DNA of 63,991 nt, counting the filler, from Reticulomyxa filosa (Eukaryota; Protista; Foraminifera): NCBI GenBank assembly GCA_000512085.1. It is 14 parts of 14 records of this genome, joined end to end, with 100 filler letters (N's around TTAATTAATTAA, not from the genome) between each part and the next. Parts side by side here need not be neighbours in the genome. Positions count along the whole stretch, not along the records: positions 50,555 to 53,423 come from ASPP01001346.1; positions 53,524 to 55,321 come from ASPP01019989.1; positions 55,422 to 61,699 come from ASPP01001509.1; positions 61,800 to 62,891 come from ASPP01000143.1; positions 62,992 to 63,991 come from ASPP01042527.1; 9 more parts are not named here. One strand, given 5' to 3'. The notes under the pieces were generated by a model, which had not been told where the DNA came from, ran no database searches, and saw only the letters and a list, made by a program, of their open reading frames with translations. A program made the position numbers and the translations under genes. Positions 50,978 through 63,991 of the stretch are shown here, piece by piece (positions within the stretch are counted from its first letter, which is position 1; the number at the start of each line of letters is the position of its first letter).

Positions 50978-51367
50978 AAAGGGAAAATTGAAATTGACTT
51001 TGAGAATAAGCAATTGAGATTAGATGTAAAGATGAAAGGAGATGATCCAACTCAAAACTCCCAAATTATGGTAAATACAAAAACGTTGAGCGGTGGAGAA
51101 CGGTCCTTTACGCAATTGGCGTTGGTAATGTCGCTGCAAAACTTTAGCCAGTCTCCGTTTTATGTGTATGATGAATTTGATGTGTTCATGGACAGTGTCA
51201 ACCGAGGAAATAGCATCCGATTACTCATTGAGTGTGCAAATAACCATGGACACGGACGACAATATATTTTTATTACCCCACACGACATCGATCCTATCTT
51301 GAGCTCAGGTGCTAAATTCTCCAAAAAACCTCATGTTCTTCGCTTGCAACCTCCCACTGAAAGCTGA
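50583..51367 (+). CDS. SMC6: Structural maintenance of chromosomes protein 6, C-terminal part; intron 50886-50981
   Basis: Coiled coil followed by KTLSGGERSF...SPF.VYDEFDVFMDSVNR...QYIFITP. Confidence 0.92.
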
Positions 51368-52673
51368 AACACCAAAGTGAAACAATCAAAATCAGCACAC
51401 TTGTTATATTGAATGATTGTTCTTGGTTTTTGTTGTGATGTTTGCCTTTTATTCACTTATTTATCTATTCACAACCCGTTTCTCGTAATATAATTCAATC
51501 ATGCATTTTCTTAGATTGTCTAGGATCCAATAAATATGTACATGACAACTGCGGTACAATGTCATACCGACATAAGCAACATGTCTAATCTGAAATGATG
51601 AAACTTATTATTATTACATTATTGTGAGTGCAGATGAACAAAATATTAGCCCGCAACTCTTTACATCCGATTAAAATAGACCTGTGAAATCCAGGACAGA
51701 GTGTAATAAGAAAAAGTGCTTATTCGAGTAAAAAAAAATCCAAAAAAAATTTGTTCATATGTATTTAATTAACACATATGAATGTGGCCATTGTATGAAC
51801 CATACCACAGTAACACAACAACTTTCATCGTTTGATGTAATGAACAGCCACTCTCGTGCATTGACAAAAATGTATTTTTCATACATTTACTAAATAATGA
51901 AATATGGGAGTGAGGATACTCGCTTATTTGAAAAATTCGAATATGCTGGCCATTTTGATTGAAAATAGAACCATTCAAATTTGAAAAGTCAACTTAAACA
52001 ACACCAGCAATAATAACAATAATGATAATATAGTAGGATAAAAGCTGATCATAAAATGGACTTTATGAAGATGGCTGATTTTCCCAAGAAACAACTTAAT
52101 CAAATTTTCAAAAAAATACCTAGGAACAGTGTAGTTTTTAAATATTACTTTGATTTTAGTTTTTTTCCATCTTTCGAAATTTTTCAAATTTGATTTTTTA
52201 AAAGTTTTGAAAAAGAAGATAATTGAAATTCAAGACAATTCCTAATAAAAATACATAAAATAGAAAAAAGTCATGATAAACAACATACGGAATAAACAAT
52301 TAAAATCAAAACGATATTTAAACTACAGTACTTGTATTTCATAAAAGATTCTGATTTTGACAGAGAGAAAGTTTTTGTTTTTACATCTGCGTCCCAACTT
52401 CAAAAAACTCGTGCATATCATTTAGAAAAACGATGCAATTGCAGTACACCAAAGAAAAAAAGATGAAATGCTTTGACATTTTCATATTTTTAAAAAAGAT
52501 AATGCTAATCACTTTACTACGTTGTCCGTCATAATAAACTCAATGATATGTCGTAGAGATGTTAACAATGGTGCAGCACTTGGTATATGACAAAGCAATA
52601 TGATATGTACATGCATATGATTGTAAGACACAAAGGATATGGTGTCAAACTATAATTCAATAGGAAATATGAA

Positions 52674-53400
52674 ATGCAAGACAATAGCAAAAATAATGAT
52701 GATACAAGTGAAAAAGATCGAAAATATTTTAAAGAAATAAAAATATTGATCCGATTATTTGGAAGATCAATTAACGAAGAAGAGTTGTGGAAGAAAATAA
52801 CATATCATAATGGGAATGTTGAATTGGTGATTAAAGATATTGTTCAACAATTTATTGAAAAAGAGGTATTGAATACTTCTAAATCAATAGATCTTTCCTT
52901 CTATCTATTTAATATACAAAAAAAATAGGATAAATCAGAGGCAGTACACAAAAGCAAAAATAATTTGGAGAATATGCATATTTAGAAGGACATTCAGATG
53001 AAGTAAAGGGAATTCAATTTTCATCAAATGGGACAAAAATATTATCTTATTCAAAGATAAAACAATTCGAATATGGGATACATCATCAAGAAAACAACTT
53101 CACGTACTAGAAGGACATTCACATCAAATAAGTAATGCTCAGTTTTCACATGATAGTTCCAAAATTGTGTCTTGTGTCATGTTCATGGGATAAAACTGTT
53201 CGAATATGGGATGTATTATCAGGTAAACAAATTCAACTGTTGTTCAGAAGATAAAACAGTTCGTTTGTGGGATATAAAAACTCAAAAAGAATTACAAATA
53301 TTGGAAAGACATTCTATGTATATATCAGGAGTGGATATTTCACCAGATGGTACCACTATTGCATCGTGCTTTGGGACGTAACAATATGACATGGAGATGG
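52674..53400 (+). pseudogene. WD40-repeat pseudogene
   Basis: LEGHSDEVKGIQFSSNG, DKTIRIWD and DKTVRLWDIK occur in different frames with indels and deletions. Confidence 0.75.
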
Positions 53401-53523
53401 CCCAATTCAGATTGGATTCATTANNNNNNNNNNNNNNNNNNNNNNNNNNNNNNNNNNNNNNNNNNNNTTAATTAATTAANNNNNNNNNNNNNNNNNNNNN
53501 NNNNNNNNNNNNNNNNNNNNNNN

Positions 53524-54040
53524 ATTGGCACACATTTGGGAAAAGGTTCACCTTTTTGTCGTAGTTTTCATCGGGAGAAAAAAGTCAAAAAAAGCAAAGT
53601 CCGAGTCATAGTCTGATCATCAATCAAACAGGTTGCTTTGTTCATTTTTTTGTTTTTATTTTGCTGTTGTTTGTTGCCAATATTTGTGATCACTGCTCAA
53701 ATCGATCTCATCTACTGTCCAAAATGAAGCAACGTGTTTTTTGTACATTTCCCAAACCTACATTTTATGCAGTTGCATCACACAAAAATGCAATGTATTA
53801 TCTTACTTTGCTTTCACGTTGAAAGAATTTTTCCACACAATGTGCAATTTTGAAATATTACAAACAACCTTACCGATCGATTTTGGATTGGGAACATCAC
53901 AAAACGATTTCCTTGTCCGGTTTCGTTATTTTTGTCGAGGAAGAAGTGCGGTCAGAAAATGACAAGTTGTGCGAAGAATTTTCTTCGTCAAATGTGGATT
54001 CAATTTTTTTTTCTGATAATTTGTTGTCTCCTCGAAACAT
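53524..54040 (-). pseudogene. RNR2: Ribonucleotide-diphosphate reductase small subunit, N-terminal fragment (disrupted); intron 53758-53873
   Basis: GNRFVMFPIQNRS|[27 protein letters not shown] is the class Ia R2 N-terminal signature. There is a frame break near 53950 and a stop or divergence after WQQTTAK. Confidence 0.8.
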
Positions 54041-54752
54041 GTTTGTATGTGACACTTTTCAATAAAAGACAATGTGTTCCTAAAAAAAACAAAGCTTGTT
54101 GAGAAATACAACTTCCCTTTGAACATTGAAAAAGTCATTGCCAGAACTTGCAGCTATTGATAGGATTGCTGTCTCAAGTGTTACAAATATCCAAATATCT
54201 TAACTAGTGAAAGTGATCAAACATGATTTGAATAAACATTTCTACAGAAGATATAGTATTTAGTAATGTTTACAAAGCAAGTCTTTTGTGCAACCGCAAA
54301 CGATTCAAAATTACTTCAAATAAGTTTAAAAAAGTTAATTCAAAGCTTTGATATAAATAAATTGGCTTGAATAATTTAAATTTTTATAATATCTTAAAAA
54401 TACTAACATTTAAATGATGAACGAAAATGCTTTATGATTACAAAATAACAGATTAAATAAACGTTGCTATATTGAGAAGAACTTCAAAGATTTGTATTTT
54501 TGTGCTGCAGTAGTTTAATTTTTTTCTGGAGCGAATTTATATTTACAAACTTTGCCGATTCCCATGACCTAGTGTGTCTATAAAATAAATGATTTTATTT
54601 TGATTTTTCAATGTTGTATTTTCCTTACAACGAAAAACTTGAAACACTTATAAAAATAACTGCTTTAAAAATATTCCACTACTGGCAGAAGTACTTTTTT
54701 TTGTAGTAAATATTACCTTGCAATTTATTTATCATCCTCTTTCACGTTAGAA

Positions 54753-55202
54753 ATGACGGAGGCGAATCCTGGAATATATACTGTTTTGTGTTTACCAGAT
54801 TCTGTACTTTCTGTGATAGTTGGCATGTGTACGAATGATGTTCGGCGCAAACTTCCAATAGTTTCAAGTCACTGGAAAAAAATATGCATGTCCAGCCATT
54901 TTTACAGCAAATACAAGTTAGAATTAAATCCGATTCGTTTCACTCAAAACCGAAAGAGACTTTCATTTGAGCACCGAGAAGACTTGGTTGTGATTTACAA
55001 CCCCTCGGCCTTGTTAAATGAGCAAAACGCGCTGCTATGCAGCATCCCTTGGTTCGCATTTGGTGTCCTGGACTGTTCGCTTCATCCGAGGACTACAAAA
55101 CATTACTACCGATCACTCGCCGAAGCCAACAGTGGAATTGTACAAGATTCCAAGGAGAGCCAAGACACAGCTGGTCATTCTAACTTTTTCATTTTTTTTT
55201 AA
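54753..55202 (+). CDS. F-box-like protein, first exon, truncated
   Basis: LCLPDSVLSVIVGM....RRKLPIVSSHWKKI. Confidence 0.6.
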   Translation: MTEANPGIYTVLCLPDSVLSVIVGMCTNDVRRKLPIVSSHWKKICMSSHFYSKYKLELNPIRFTQNRKRLSFEHREDLVVIYNPSALLNEQNALLCSIPWFAFGVLDCSLHPRTTKHYYRSLAEANSGIVQDSKESQDTAGHSNFFIFF

Positions 55203-55280
55203 TTTTTATTTTTAACGATAAAAATAATAAAAAATTTCTACTCACACATTTTAAAAAAAAAAAGTGCGTATTTGCGGTTT

Positions 55281-55321
<41 letters not shown>

Positions 55322-55421
55322 NNNNNNNNNNNNNNNNNNNNNNNNNNNNNNNNNNNNNNNNNNNNTTAATTAATTAANNNNNNNNNNNNNNNNNNNNNNN
55401 NNNNNNNNNNNNNNNNNNNNN

Positions 55422-55645
55422 TGTAGGGTAAAGCTCTATTATACAAGTTCAAATAAAGGAACTGTTGGACCCCCTGTGGGTTAAACCTTCTTAACAACAC
55501 AACTCACTTTGTCTAGTTATTTAGTTGTTTCCTTTCATTATGTTGCAATTATTTTCGTTAATTTACTTCTTTTTCCTGAAATTACTTTTCGGAACTAAGT
55601 TTCCTTTCGTATTACACTTAGTCAATATTCCTACAATCCTTAAAA
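55422..55645 (+). mobile_element. Solo-LTR-like dispersed repeat, copy 2
   Basis: Begins TGTAGG, with CCTACA at 55630-55635. Shares GTGGGTTAAA, ACTCACTTT, CTGAAATTACT, GGAACTAAG and CCTTTCGTATTACA with the reverse complement of 13117-13337. Confidence 0.6.
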
Positions 55646-56358
55646 AAAATTAGTATCACATCCACATATCACAATAACAGACTATCCAAAAAAGAACTTC
55701 AATAAGTATGTTACTAAAAAAGGGAAGATAAACATTATTTTTACGATATTCAAACAAAATACTATAAAAAATGTTAAGTCACTAAATTTTTGTAAATAAA
55801 CAATTTAGCATAAGAAAGTTTTCTTTTTCTCACTTGAATCTTTCAGTATTTTCTTCAAGATTGATTATTTAGCGTTAAATTGAATTTTTTTTATCAAATG
55901 ACAAAAAATAACATCAATATTTTCAATCATCATACTAACAGTTAAACAAAAAAAATAAAGATTGAAGTTTGTGTTGATCAAATCTTTTTTCTTTTTTTGA
56001 CTGGATTGTGTTTGTCTGCTGGATGCAATTCTCATGTACTTTTTCCCTCATTTCGGGCTCTTTGACATGCTTATCATGTGATTTGAGGCTTTATCTTCCA
56101 TTTATCTCAAAATCTTTACAGTCACTATCTAAGTTTGGTCTTACGATATCATTGGTTATTTTGCAAATAACTCTTTTTCCCAAAGCGTCAATTAACAGAC
56201 TTCATGAAGCCAATGATATTTATTCATTTGATGATTTTTTTGCTTTGTCAAAACTTTGTACTTTAATTTTTATTGCGCTGTTCAGTACGTTTTAAAGTAC
56301 CAAAGCAAAGTTGCTTTTTGCCCCTAAAAAAAACATAATAAAGTAATTGAAACAGACA

Positions 56359-59300
56359 ATGATTCCATACAATCCAATAAATAATCCAAAAAAAACAGTG
56401 GAAAGCGAGTTTAGTGATGCCTTGCCGGCTCAAATCAACAATGACGAGACATCTTTGGCAAACGCAGAAGACAACAACGTGCTAAAGCCACTGGATGAAA
56501 ATTCATTAACTTCGTCTCAAAAAAGGAACAAAACTAATGAATTATCGAATAATATCGTTGATATTGGCACAAGAAACAAAGGTAAATATGTTGATCAATA
56601 ATTTACAGTTTGCAAAAAACCCGCAGTGGATTGCCTTGAATCTCTGCACACATTAAACGAAGAACAAATGCCGAATTGTGAAGAGGATGGCTCAAGAGAG
56701 AAACATAATGGGAAGAAAAGAAGATGGAGTGAAATGGAAGACTTGCTTGCTGACGAAGCGGAAGTGGAGTCAAAAAGTCCGAATAGCATGACGGCCTCGT
56801 CCGTGTTCCTCCCTCCTGTGAAGAAATTCAAACCAAACACGCAAGAAAAAACAACAACAACAATGCCAAATTTATCCAAAGTTGACACTAATATTGCAGC
56901 GTTGGAATATTTGAGTTTCCGACCGTCATTGACAGGAGATGATGTAATGGTAACCTCACTGACAACCGGACAGCAGATGTATATTTACAACCGTTCACAA
57001 ACGAAGATAGAACAGCAGGTTTTATCTGTACACTTTTGTGTACATATGCACATATATATGTAAACGAAAATAACAATCCATAGATGCGAGAATGTGCAAA
57101 GAGTTTTTGCAATCAAAAGACTGGCGTGTTAAAAACGCCAGTGGCAAAATTATTAGCGCAAATACAAGAGAACAAAGTGAAGAGAGATAGGCTGGAACAG
57201 CAGTTGTGTGTTTTTTGGTTGTGTCCTTGACACGAAAATGGAACACACTCGGAAGTTTGAAAAAAAAAAATAGAAAAGAGTTGGAGCACAAAGAGATTAA
57301 AGAAGAAAAGTCGCAGGTGGACAGCCAATTGTGGGCAGAAAAATATTCCCCCCAAGCATTTACAGATCTGTTGTCTGACGAAGTATGATATAGACTTCCT
57401 TTCCATTTGCACTGTATGCACATACGCATGTATAAACACGTACATATAACAAGAAATAAACAAAATGCAAACAAAAAAAGAAAATCAATCGACAAGTATT
57501 GCATTGGGTGAAGTCATGGGACATGTTGGTGTACGGACACAAGTATTGTCGTGGAGAACATGATGACGACAATGAAACGAAAGGGAATAAAACAAAAAGC
57601 CGAAAGAAAATGATGAAAAAAGTTGAGTTTTTGACTTCGATGTTGACACCGCTTGCAGCAGATGTGCGACAAGTCAACAATGGGTTCCTTAACGCTTTCC
57701 ATCAGACCACCAAACATCATCTTCGACCAGAATTTCCAGTTTCTTTCTTTTCTTTTTTTTTTTTTTGACTATTTCAATGGACCAACATTTGTTTGGCGTG
57801 TGATATGCAGATCATCTTATTGGCAGGCCCTCCAGGATGCGGCAAAACGACTCTTGCTCATGTCATTGCAAAGCATTGCGGCTATCGACCAGTCGAGTTC
57901 AACGCCAGGTTTTAAAATATTGTGTGCATGTGTACACACTTCATATTTGCATGTTGTCTTGATTTCGAACAAATGAATAGTGATGATCGCACAGCAACCA
58001 AATTAAGCGAGTCTATTTTGAACACGATATCAATGAAGCCAATGTTTGGTGATCATCGGCCACCTTTGATTATTCTGGATGAAATTGATGGTATAAGTGG
58101 AGCAAAGAGCAATGGAAAGTCAGCCATTGATACGATCCTTACTTTAATTAGAAAAAAAACAGACAAGTCATATGTCATCAATCGGCCGATTATTTGCATT
58201 TGTAATGACCAGTTCACTTTTTTTTTGTTTTTGTTTGTTGTGATCACCACGACGTGCACCCGTTCATATGTGTGTATGGACAATACTATGTGAAGATACT
58301 CGCTATCGCTGCGGGCTTTGAAGGAAGCAGCGCAAGTGTTTACGTTTAAAGCGGTATCCAAACACGCGTTGGTAAAAAGACTGACGGGAATTTGTCGACA
58401 GGAATATTTACACGTGGACAATACCACATTATATTTTTTGTGTGACATAACTCAAAATGATATTCGCAGCTGCTTGCATACGTTGCAATCGTTTAAAGAG
58501 GAGTTGGGAGGAAAGCAACGTATTGCAAACCGCGTAACAATCGATACGTTGGTAAACACCCCGATTGGTCGCAAGGACGTAACGAATTCGTTGTTCGAAG
58601 TTTGGGATCGCATTTTAAAGCGAAAGATGACCAACATCAACACAAAGCAGAAGCAGCACATTCAGGGATACAAAAAGCATCACTCCACCGAAGAGGACGA
58701 TGACAGTCGTGTGAATGTCAAAAGCGAAACAGCAGAATGGGACGAAATTGTGTCCGTGATGACAGGGGTTGATAAGGACAAAATGATGCAAGGCGTCCAC
58801 GAAAACTATTTACTTGTTGGATACAGTGATCCGGTGTTCCAAAAAACTTTGGAGGCGTCCGATTGGCTGTGCGTGTCTGATTTATTCGAGACTTGTATTC
58901 GTTCCAAACAGCAATTTGAATTCTCTCCATATCTCACGTACTGTTGCATTGGCGTCCATCAAGTTGTTTTTTTCTTTTTTTTTACAATTTCCTTCGTACT
59001 ATTTTGTTGCAAGTTTTTTTTTTTAAAAAAAGGCGTGCGCAACAGATAGCTTTGCTCGATTCCAATTTCCCAACTTGCAATCCCGATTGAATAAAAAGAT
59101 TAATGAAAATAAAAACATTGTGTGTATGCTCCAAAATCGAAACGAACACCACTTGCAACGATTGCGCGATGAAAGCCAATCACTGACAGTCAATTGTCTT
59201 TTTGTTTGTTTGTTTTGATATCATGTATTATACTTTGTATAAATTTTCCTCTTTATTGAAAACAAAAGAATGCAAAAGCGATAATACCGCCAGGTGGCAA

Positions 59301-60335
59301 TGTGTTAAAGCAATTCTTTAATTTCGAAGTCTGTGTCGAGGAGGTCATCCCTTATGTGTTGCAACAAATTTACAAAGAGGACTTCAAAGGCAGCGGCAAT
59401 ATCCATCTGCATCATGCTATTTCTAACCACACCACGTTTGACAATAGTTTACATGGAAGGGAAAAGCGAATATTTTATTCATTGATAAACATAATGATTG
59501 AGTGTGGCTTATATTATGCCAAGATCCAAGATGACTATATGTTGCAGCCGCCCATTGATGCCTTGCAACTCTTTTCCTTTGATGTTTTGCAAACTGCAAG
59601 CAAGGCCAAGCGCGCACCTTCGAGGAACGATGAGATCGTCAAAGAGCTCATGCAAAGGGTACTGGGCAAGAGCATGAAGAATTGGCTGAAAGCGACTATT
59701 CGACATCAAATGGAATTGGAGTGTATGCGTCGAAATGAAAGTGCTGTGGGGAAATATAACCGCTTAAAAGAAAGTTTTGTGCTGCCTATTCTTTTTAAAC
59801 GATGAAAATCCTTTTAAATGTAAATGACCACGAAACACAAAAGATAAAACAAGTCAAAACGCGTCTGCAGGAGGTATGTCAAAATTTACCAAAATGGATA
59901 AAAATGAAGGCACTGAAGTTTGTGAAGAAGACGAAGATAACAGCATGCCGTTGACTTCATGCGTTAATAAACAAAAGCAAAACAATTTTTTTACGCGCTT
60001 TCTAACATCAAGCGGAAAAGTTCCGCTTGGAGCCGGAACCAAGCCAATCCATAGTGAAAAACCATCACTTCAAACAACACCGACCAAAGGCGATTTTATT
60101 GCGGCTGCAAAACAAAAGGTAGTCAATTTGTTGCGACTTAAAAAAACTAATTCTACTGATTAAAACACTTTGCTTCGTGGTTTACTTTTTACATTGTTTA
60201 TAAAAAGAGTTAAACATTAATATTTGAATATAATAGATACGAATAGAAAAAATTGAACATCCATTGCAATTTCGATTCGTTGAAGGTTATACAAATGCAG
60301 TGAAAAGGAAAGTTTTAATCCAAGAATGGATTTGA
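56359..60335 (+). CDS. CTF18: Chromosome transmission fidelity protein 18 (alternative RFC clamp-loader subunit), about 11 exons
   Basis: [86 protein letters not shown]-terminal [15 protein letters not shown]. Confidence 0.93.
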
Positions 60336-61359
60336 TGTTTCAAAAAAACTTATTGTAAAAAGCGCTTTTCCATTATTTAAAATTTTATTTTATCTATTAT
60401 TAATTCTGTTGGTTATTTAAAAAAAATATCTCTTCCATCAGCGTGCAAATTCATCAAACATTGTTGATTGAGCAGAACTTTCATGCAGTTCACAGGATTG
60501 CTTTCACTGGGCAAAAGAAACGTAAACTTAGCAACAGAAAATCAATTCTAGAATTTCTACAATTCATTCTGAAGTGAAACTGCGAATAGGAATTCTTTAA
60601 TCATTCAACAACTCAAGACAAGTTCCAGTTACTCGGATTCTAGTCTTGTTGAATCGAAGTAAATTCTACATTAGAAAGAAAGTGAATAGTTATGAAGCTT
60701 CTATATAGATATCATTTAAAAGAACAAGACGAAATTGACCAAGCAATTGTATGTCTTGATTTGGATGTCTTCGAAAGATAAATGAACATATTGCAATTAT
60801 TTGATATGGAATGCACACAATTATGACTGGTTGGACGAAACAATAGATCAATGAACCAATTTGGACTTTATCACAATGAATTCGTCATAATTAACATTTG
60901 AAAAAGATAGAAAAAAGTTATCGATTGACGTCACATTATGTTCAAAAGTGTTACAGTAATTGGAGAACAGATAACGATGAATTGGATGTGCATTCAGATC
61001 AAAAATCATATTGAACATTAGTCAAACTAGTATTGTAAATGAAAAATTATTATGATAAATTAATTTGAAACAATTGAAGGTAGTCATTGAAAAATCAAAA
61101 GGAAATAATAAATTTGTTATTTGGAAGCTTTTTTATTGAATCTTGATTTGTATTTTGGAATTTTTTAATGATTTATATTGAAAATTTTTATTGGAATTTT
61201 ATTGTTAGTATGTCACAATTACTAACTGATCAACGAAAGATAGTCAATAACAACCTAAATGCATATGAAAGGCAAAAGATCTGATGATTCGTTATTATAA
61301 TGCTAAATACTGCAAAATCTTTTTTTTTAGTAAAGAAAGATCTTATCTTAGTTAAAGAA

Positions 61360-61660
61360 AAGTGGTTCAATTTTGTTTGCCATTTTAGCTTGTTCATGAT
61401 ATTCTTGTCATACTGTTTACTGCAACTTCGTTTGGCTCGTTAAGCAGTCAACAGATATATGACATTTTACGATATCTGATATTTTCAACAAAAATTTTTA
61501 TATTACTATAAAATTTTTTTTTTATTAGTTTATTTTCTTTGGATCTTGTTTTTGCGAACTTTGCTCACGACGAAATGCTTCAAAATTCTTCTAGATACCG
61601 CTAGATGTTGGAGTATCTAGTTGATTATGTTTTCAAAATGCAAATTTTTTGAAAAGTTAA
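61360..61660 (-). repeat. Dispersed non-coding repeat family, copy 2 (more diverged)
   Basis: Reverse complement contains AACTAGATACTCCAACATCTAG, TTTCGTCGT and AAAATGGCAAACAAAATTGAACCACTTT, matching 61800-62145. Confidence 0.7.
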
Positions 61661-61799
61661 TACAGTAGGTTGCAAAGAAAACTGAACGCCTAAAACGATN
61701 NNNNNNNNNNNNNNNNNNNNNNNNNNNNNNNNNNNNNNNNNNNTTAATTAATTAANNNNNNNNNNNNNNNNNNNNNNNNNNNNNNNNNNNNNNNNNNNN

Positions 61800-62145
61800 A
61801 AAAAAAAAATCTTTCATCGATATAAACTTTTGAGGAATACAAGCACATAACAACTAGATACTTCAGCATCTAGAAGTATCTGAAGTTAATCTTCGATGAT
61901 TAACAACGATTTTTGTCGTCAACAAGATTGTGGCGAAAACAGAAACAAAGACAAAGATACAAAGAAAATACTTTCAAACTACTAAAAAGAAATTTTTTTA
62001 ACTAGTAAAATTTTTTTTACTAGTAAGATATCTGATATTGCGATTTTGCGCGAGATCAGATATAAACAAACCAAAAACCCAAAATGAACAGTCGAAACAA
62101 AATAATATCAACAAGAAAAAATGGCGAACAAAATTGAGCCACTTT
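61800..62145 (+). repeat. Dispersed non-coding repeat family, copy 3
   Basis: Co-linear with 20315-20533 and with the reverse complement of 61360-61660. Confidence 0.8.
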
Positions 62146-62149
62146 GTTT

Positions 62150-62891
62150 GTTTTTATTAGAGCAATTATTACATGGCATAACACAAATGAATTATATTGA
62201 GATTATGCAGTGTTATTGGACATCTCTGCAATGGAGTAAGATAGATTGTATTGGGTTGAATGGAGTTCATTCAGAATGGATTAAATTCAATACTGGAGTC
62301 TCTCAAGGATATGCTTTATCCCCAATATTATTCCTATTGTATATTAATGACCTACCGACATATCAATATTTACAAGTGATGTAAATGAGTGAAGAAACTT
62401 GGATATTTGACTTATGTTCATACAATGGAGTCAGACAAGTTTATCTACGTACAATATATTATACAAAACCATCAGTTTCGGTCTTGAGTATGCATCTGCA
62501 TTTTGGAATGGCGCAGCAGATACTCATAAGAGACGATTGGAGCGTATACAACGGATTGCAATGTGTCGAATTCTTGATTGAAGCTTACAGATTCCATTGT
62601 GGAAGAGTGATTGATTGCAAGTTCGTGATTGTGATTAATGCAATATTCAACAAATGGGTCTGACATCTATAAATTGCCAATTATAGATTGTCAGATCATT
62701 TAATGAAAATAATGCTCCAGAGATCTATTGAATTAAAGGTCATTCTGGGATTCCCGGTATAAAGTGGATCTTGTTGCAAATAATGCTTACAATTGAAACC
62801 AGATTTGATTCCACAACACAGATCAGCGGCATTCCTGAATAATCATGGATTAAATCCCTATTTCACAGAGCAATGGAATATACATTGGATA
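62150..62891 (+). mobile_element. Decayed LINE: reverse transcriptase, thumb and possible RNase H remnant
   Basis: NGVHSEW...TGVSQGYALSPILFLLYINDL and SVLEYASAFWNGAADTHKRRLERIQRIAMCRIL, plus a W-IPG-like remnant near 62750. Confidence 0.85.
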
Positions 62892-63074
62892 NNNNNNNNN
62901 NNNNNNNNNNNNNNNNNNNNNNNNNNNNNNNNNNNTTAATTAATTAANNNNNNNNNNNNNNNNNNNNNNNNNNNNNNNNNNNNNNNNNNNNGAAGTATCT
63001 TGAAGTTTCAAATATATTACGACATGTTTTCACTTAAAACGTGTAATATCGTCACGATGATTTGATATAGTTTT

Positions 63075-63800
63075 TTTTAAGAAGAGGAATTATTGAAGCA
63101 TTACAATGTATATTATCTCACAAAGCACAAGGACAAGATAATATAAACAGCAAATGATCAAAAATGGACAATCAATTATCGAACATTGTTATTATTTTTT
63201 AATAGGAATTTCAAAATTGGATATGTTCCAAGATTATGGAAACGAGCGAACAATGTTACAATTACAAAACTAGATCTAGATCAGAGAATATGTAAGTATT
63301 AAAGCAAAGTATCACTTGATATACCTCAGTCACATGACAATTACGACGAGTACAACAACAAAGAAACAAGTGACATAGAAAATGATCAATGAACGAGTTA
63401 ATCATTTTCCAGAATAATATAAACGGTCGATTCGAAAGCTCAACTGATGGGGTAGAATCTCCGCGCAGTTCAACTAAATATCTGTCTCCTTCGGGAGTGT
63501 TTCAGGTTGAGAATAGAGTTATCAGAGCTCTAGAATATGACAATCAATTTTGGGGAGAAACGAAGAAGATATATATTATGTGTCGACAAAACATCCATGC
63601 AACCCAGAGAAACATATTGTCGCGATCCGATAAGTTATTTTGCCGTGCATTGGCAGACAGACTGCAAGAATGGCGACAATAACTGCCACAGTATCTATCC
63701 AAGAACACACATGTTAGAATAGCAGTTAAACAATGGACAGAATGCGTTGTAAACATTGGAGGAGTGATTCACTGCATAGGAAACGCAAAAAAATCCATTA
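63075..63800 (+). mobile_element. LINE fragments: pre-RT segment (63080-63240) and endonuclease start (from 63389)
   Basis: IIEALQCILSHKAQGQDNINSK...IGYVPRLW. LIIFQNNING resembles the APE N-terminal motif. Confidence 0.65.
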
Positions 63801-63991
63801 GTTGAAGAGGAGATTTCGAAGGAGTCGCAATCAAGATAAGAAGAGTTATTGGTATCGTGGTTCGCACGACCTCCACAGTTCCAAGTCACACCAAAGAAAC
63901 GAATAAATTTTACAGCTCGTTGAAGATGAAATCTCAAATATTGTGGAAATATCAAGAGAATGTGAGATCAATGAGCATTCCCTTGATTCAT

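Noticed and set aside
50128-60335. Apparent DNA repair/replication cluster (TDP2-like, SMC6, RNR2, CTF18)
   Set aside because: Each gene is on a different contig piece, so the adjacency is an artefact of concatenation
60420-61120. Coding-like remnant downstream of CTF18
   Set aside because: No sustained frame or motif
6069-62991. Recurrent TTAATTAATTAA between N-runs as a biological repeat or CRISPR-like array
   Set aside because: It is a fixed 100-nt artificial linker with six-frame stops
1-63991. tRNA, rRNA, snRNA or CRISPR loci
   Set aside because: None recognised by eye. tRNAscan-SE and Infernal/Rfam would be needed to exclude them.

Overview
AT-rich eukaryotic (protist) nuclear DNA. 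It is a pseudo-scaffold of 14 unrelated contig pieces joined by 13 artificial 100-nt spacers (N44-TTAATTAATTAA-N44), so gene order across spacers means nothing. Expanded WD40 and TRAF-WD40 families, simple-repeat-rich spliceosomal introns, many decayed genes and homopolymer indels suggest a rhizarian or foraminiferan such as Reticulomyxa filosa (inference). Recognisable genes: a DUF5662/HD-like protein, several WD40 proteins, a Zn-finger+SAM protein, eIF4A, a kinesin, SAP18, a four-exon profilin the ORF track catches only as fragments, an ADP-ribosylglycohydrolase, a RING protein with a His-Asn repeat, a pseudokinase, RIT1, a GT47-like glycosyltransferase, an EEP/TDP2-like enzyme, SMC6, a disrupted ribonucleotide reductase small-subunit fragment and CTF18. 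Mobile DNA: LINE relics, a 387-bp TA-flanked foldback MITE, two copies of a solo-LTR-like repeat and a three-copy dispersed repeat. The most unusual signal is the splicing architecture. Most donors I could place read GTT, many acceptors are A-rich with no pyrimidine tract, several introns fold back on themselves, there are candidate 26-27-nt micro-introns, and a 16-nt micro-exon sits inside the kinesin P-loop. A probable domesticated hAT-transposase-derived gene and a phage/bacterial-type DUF5662 gene are also notable. All gene models and alignments were made by eye.
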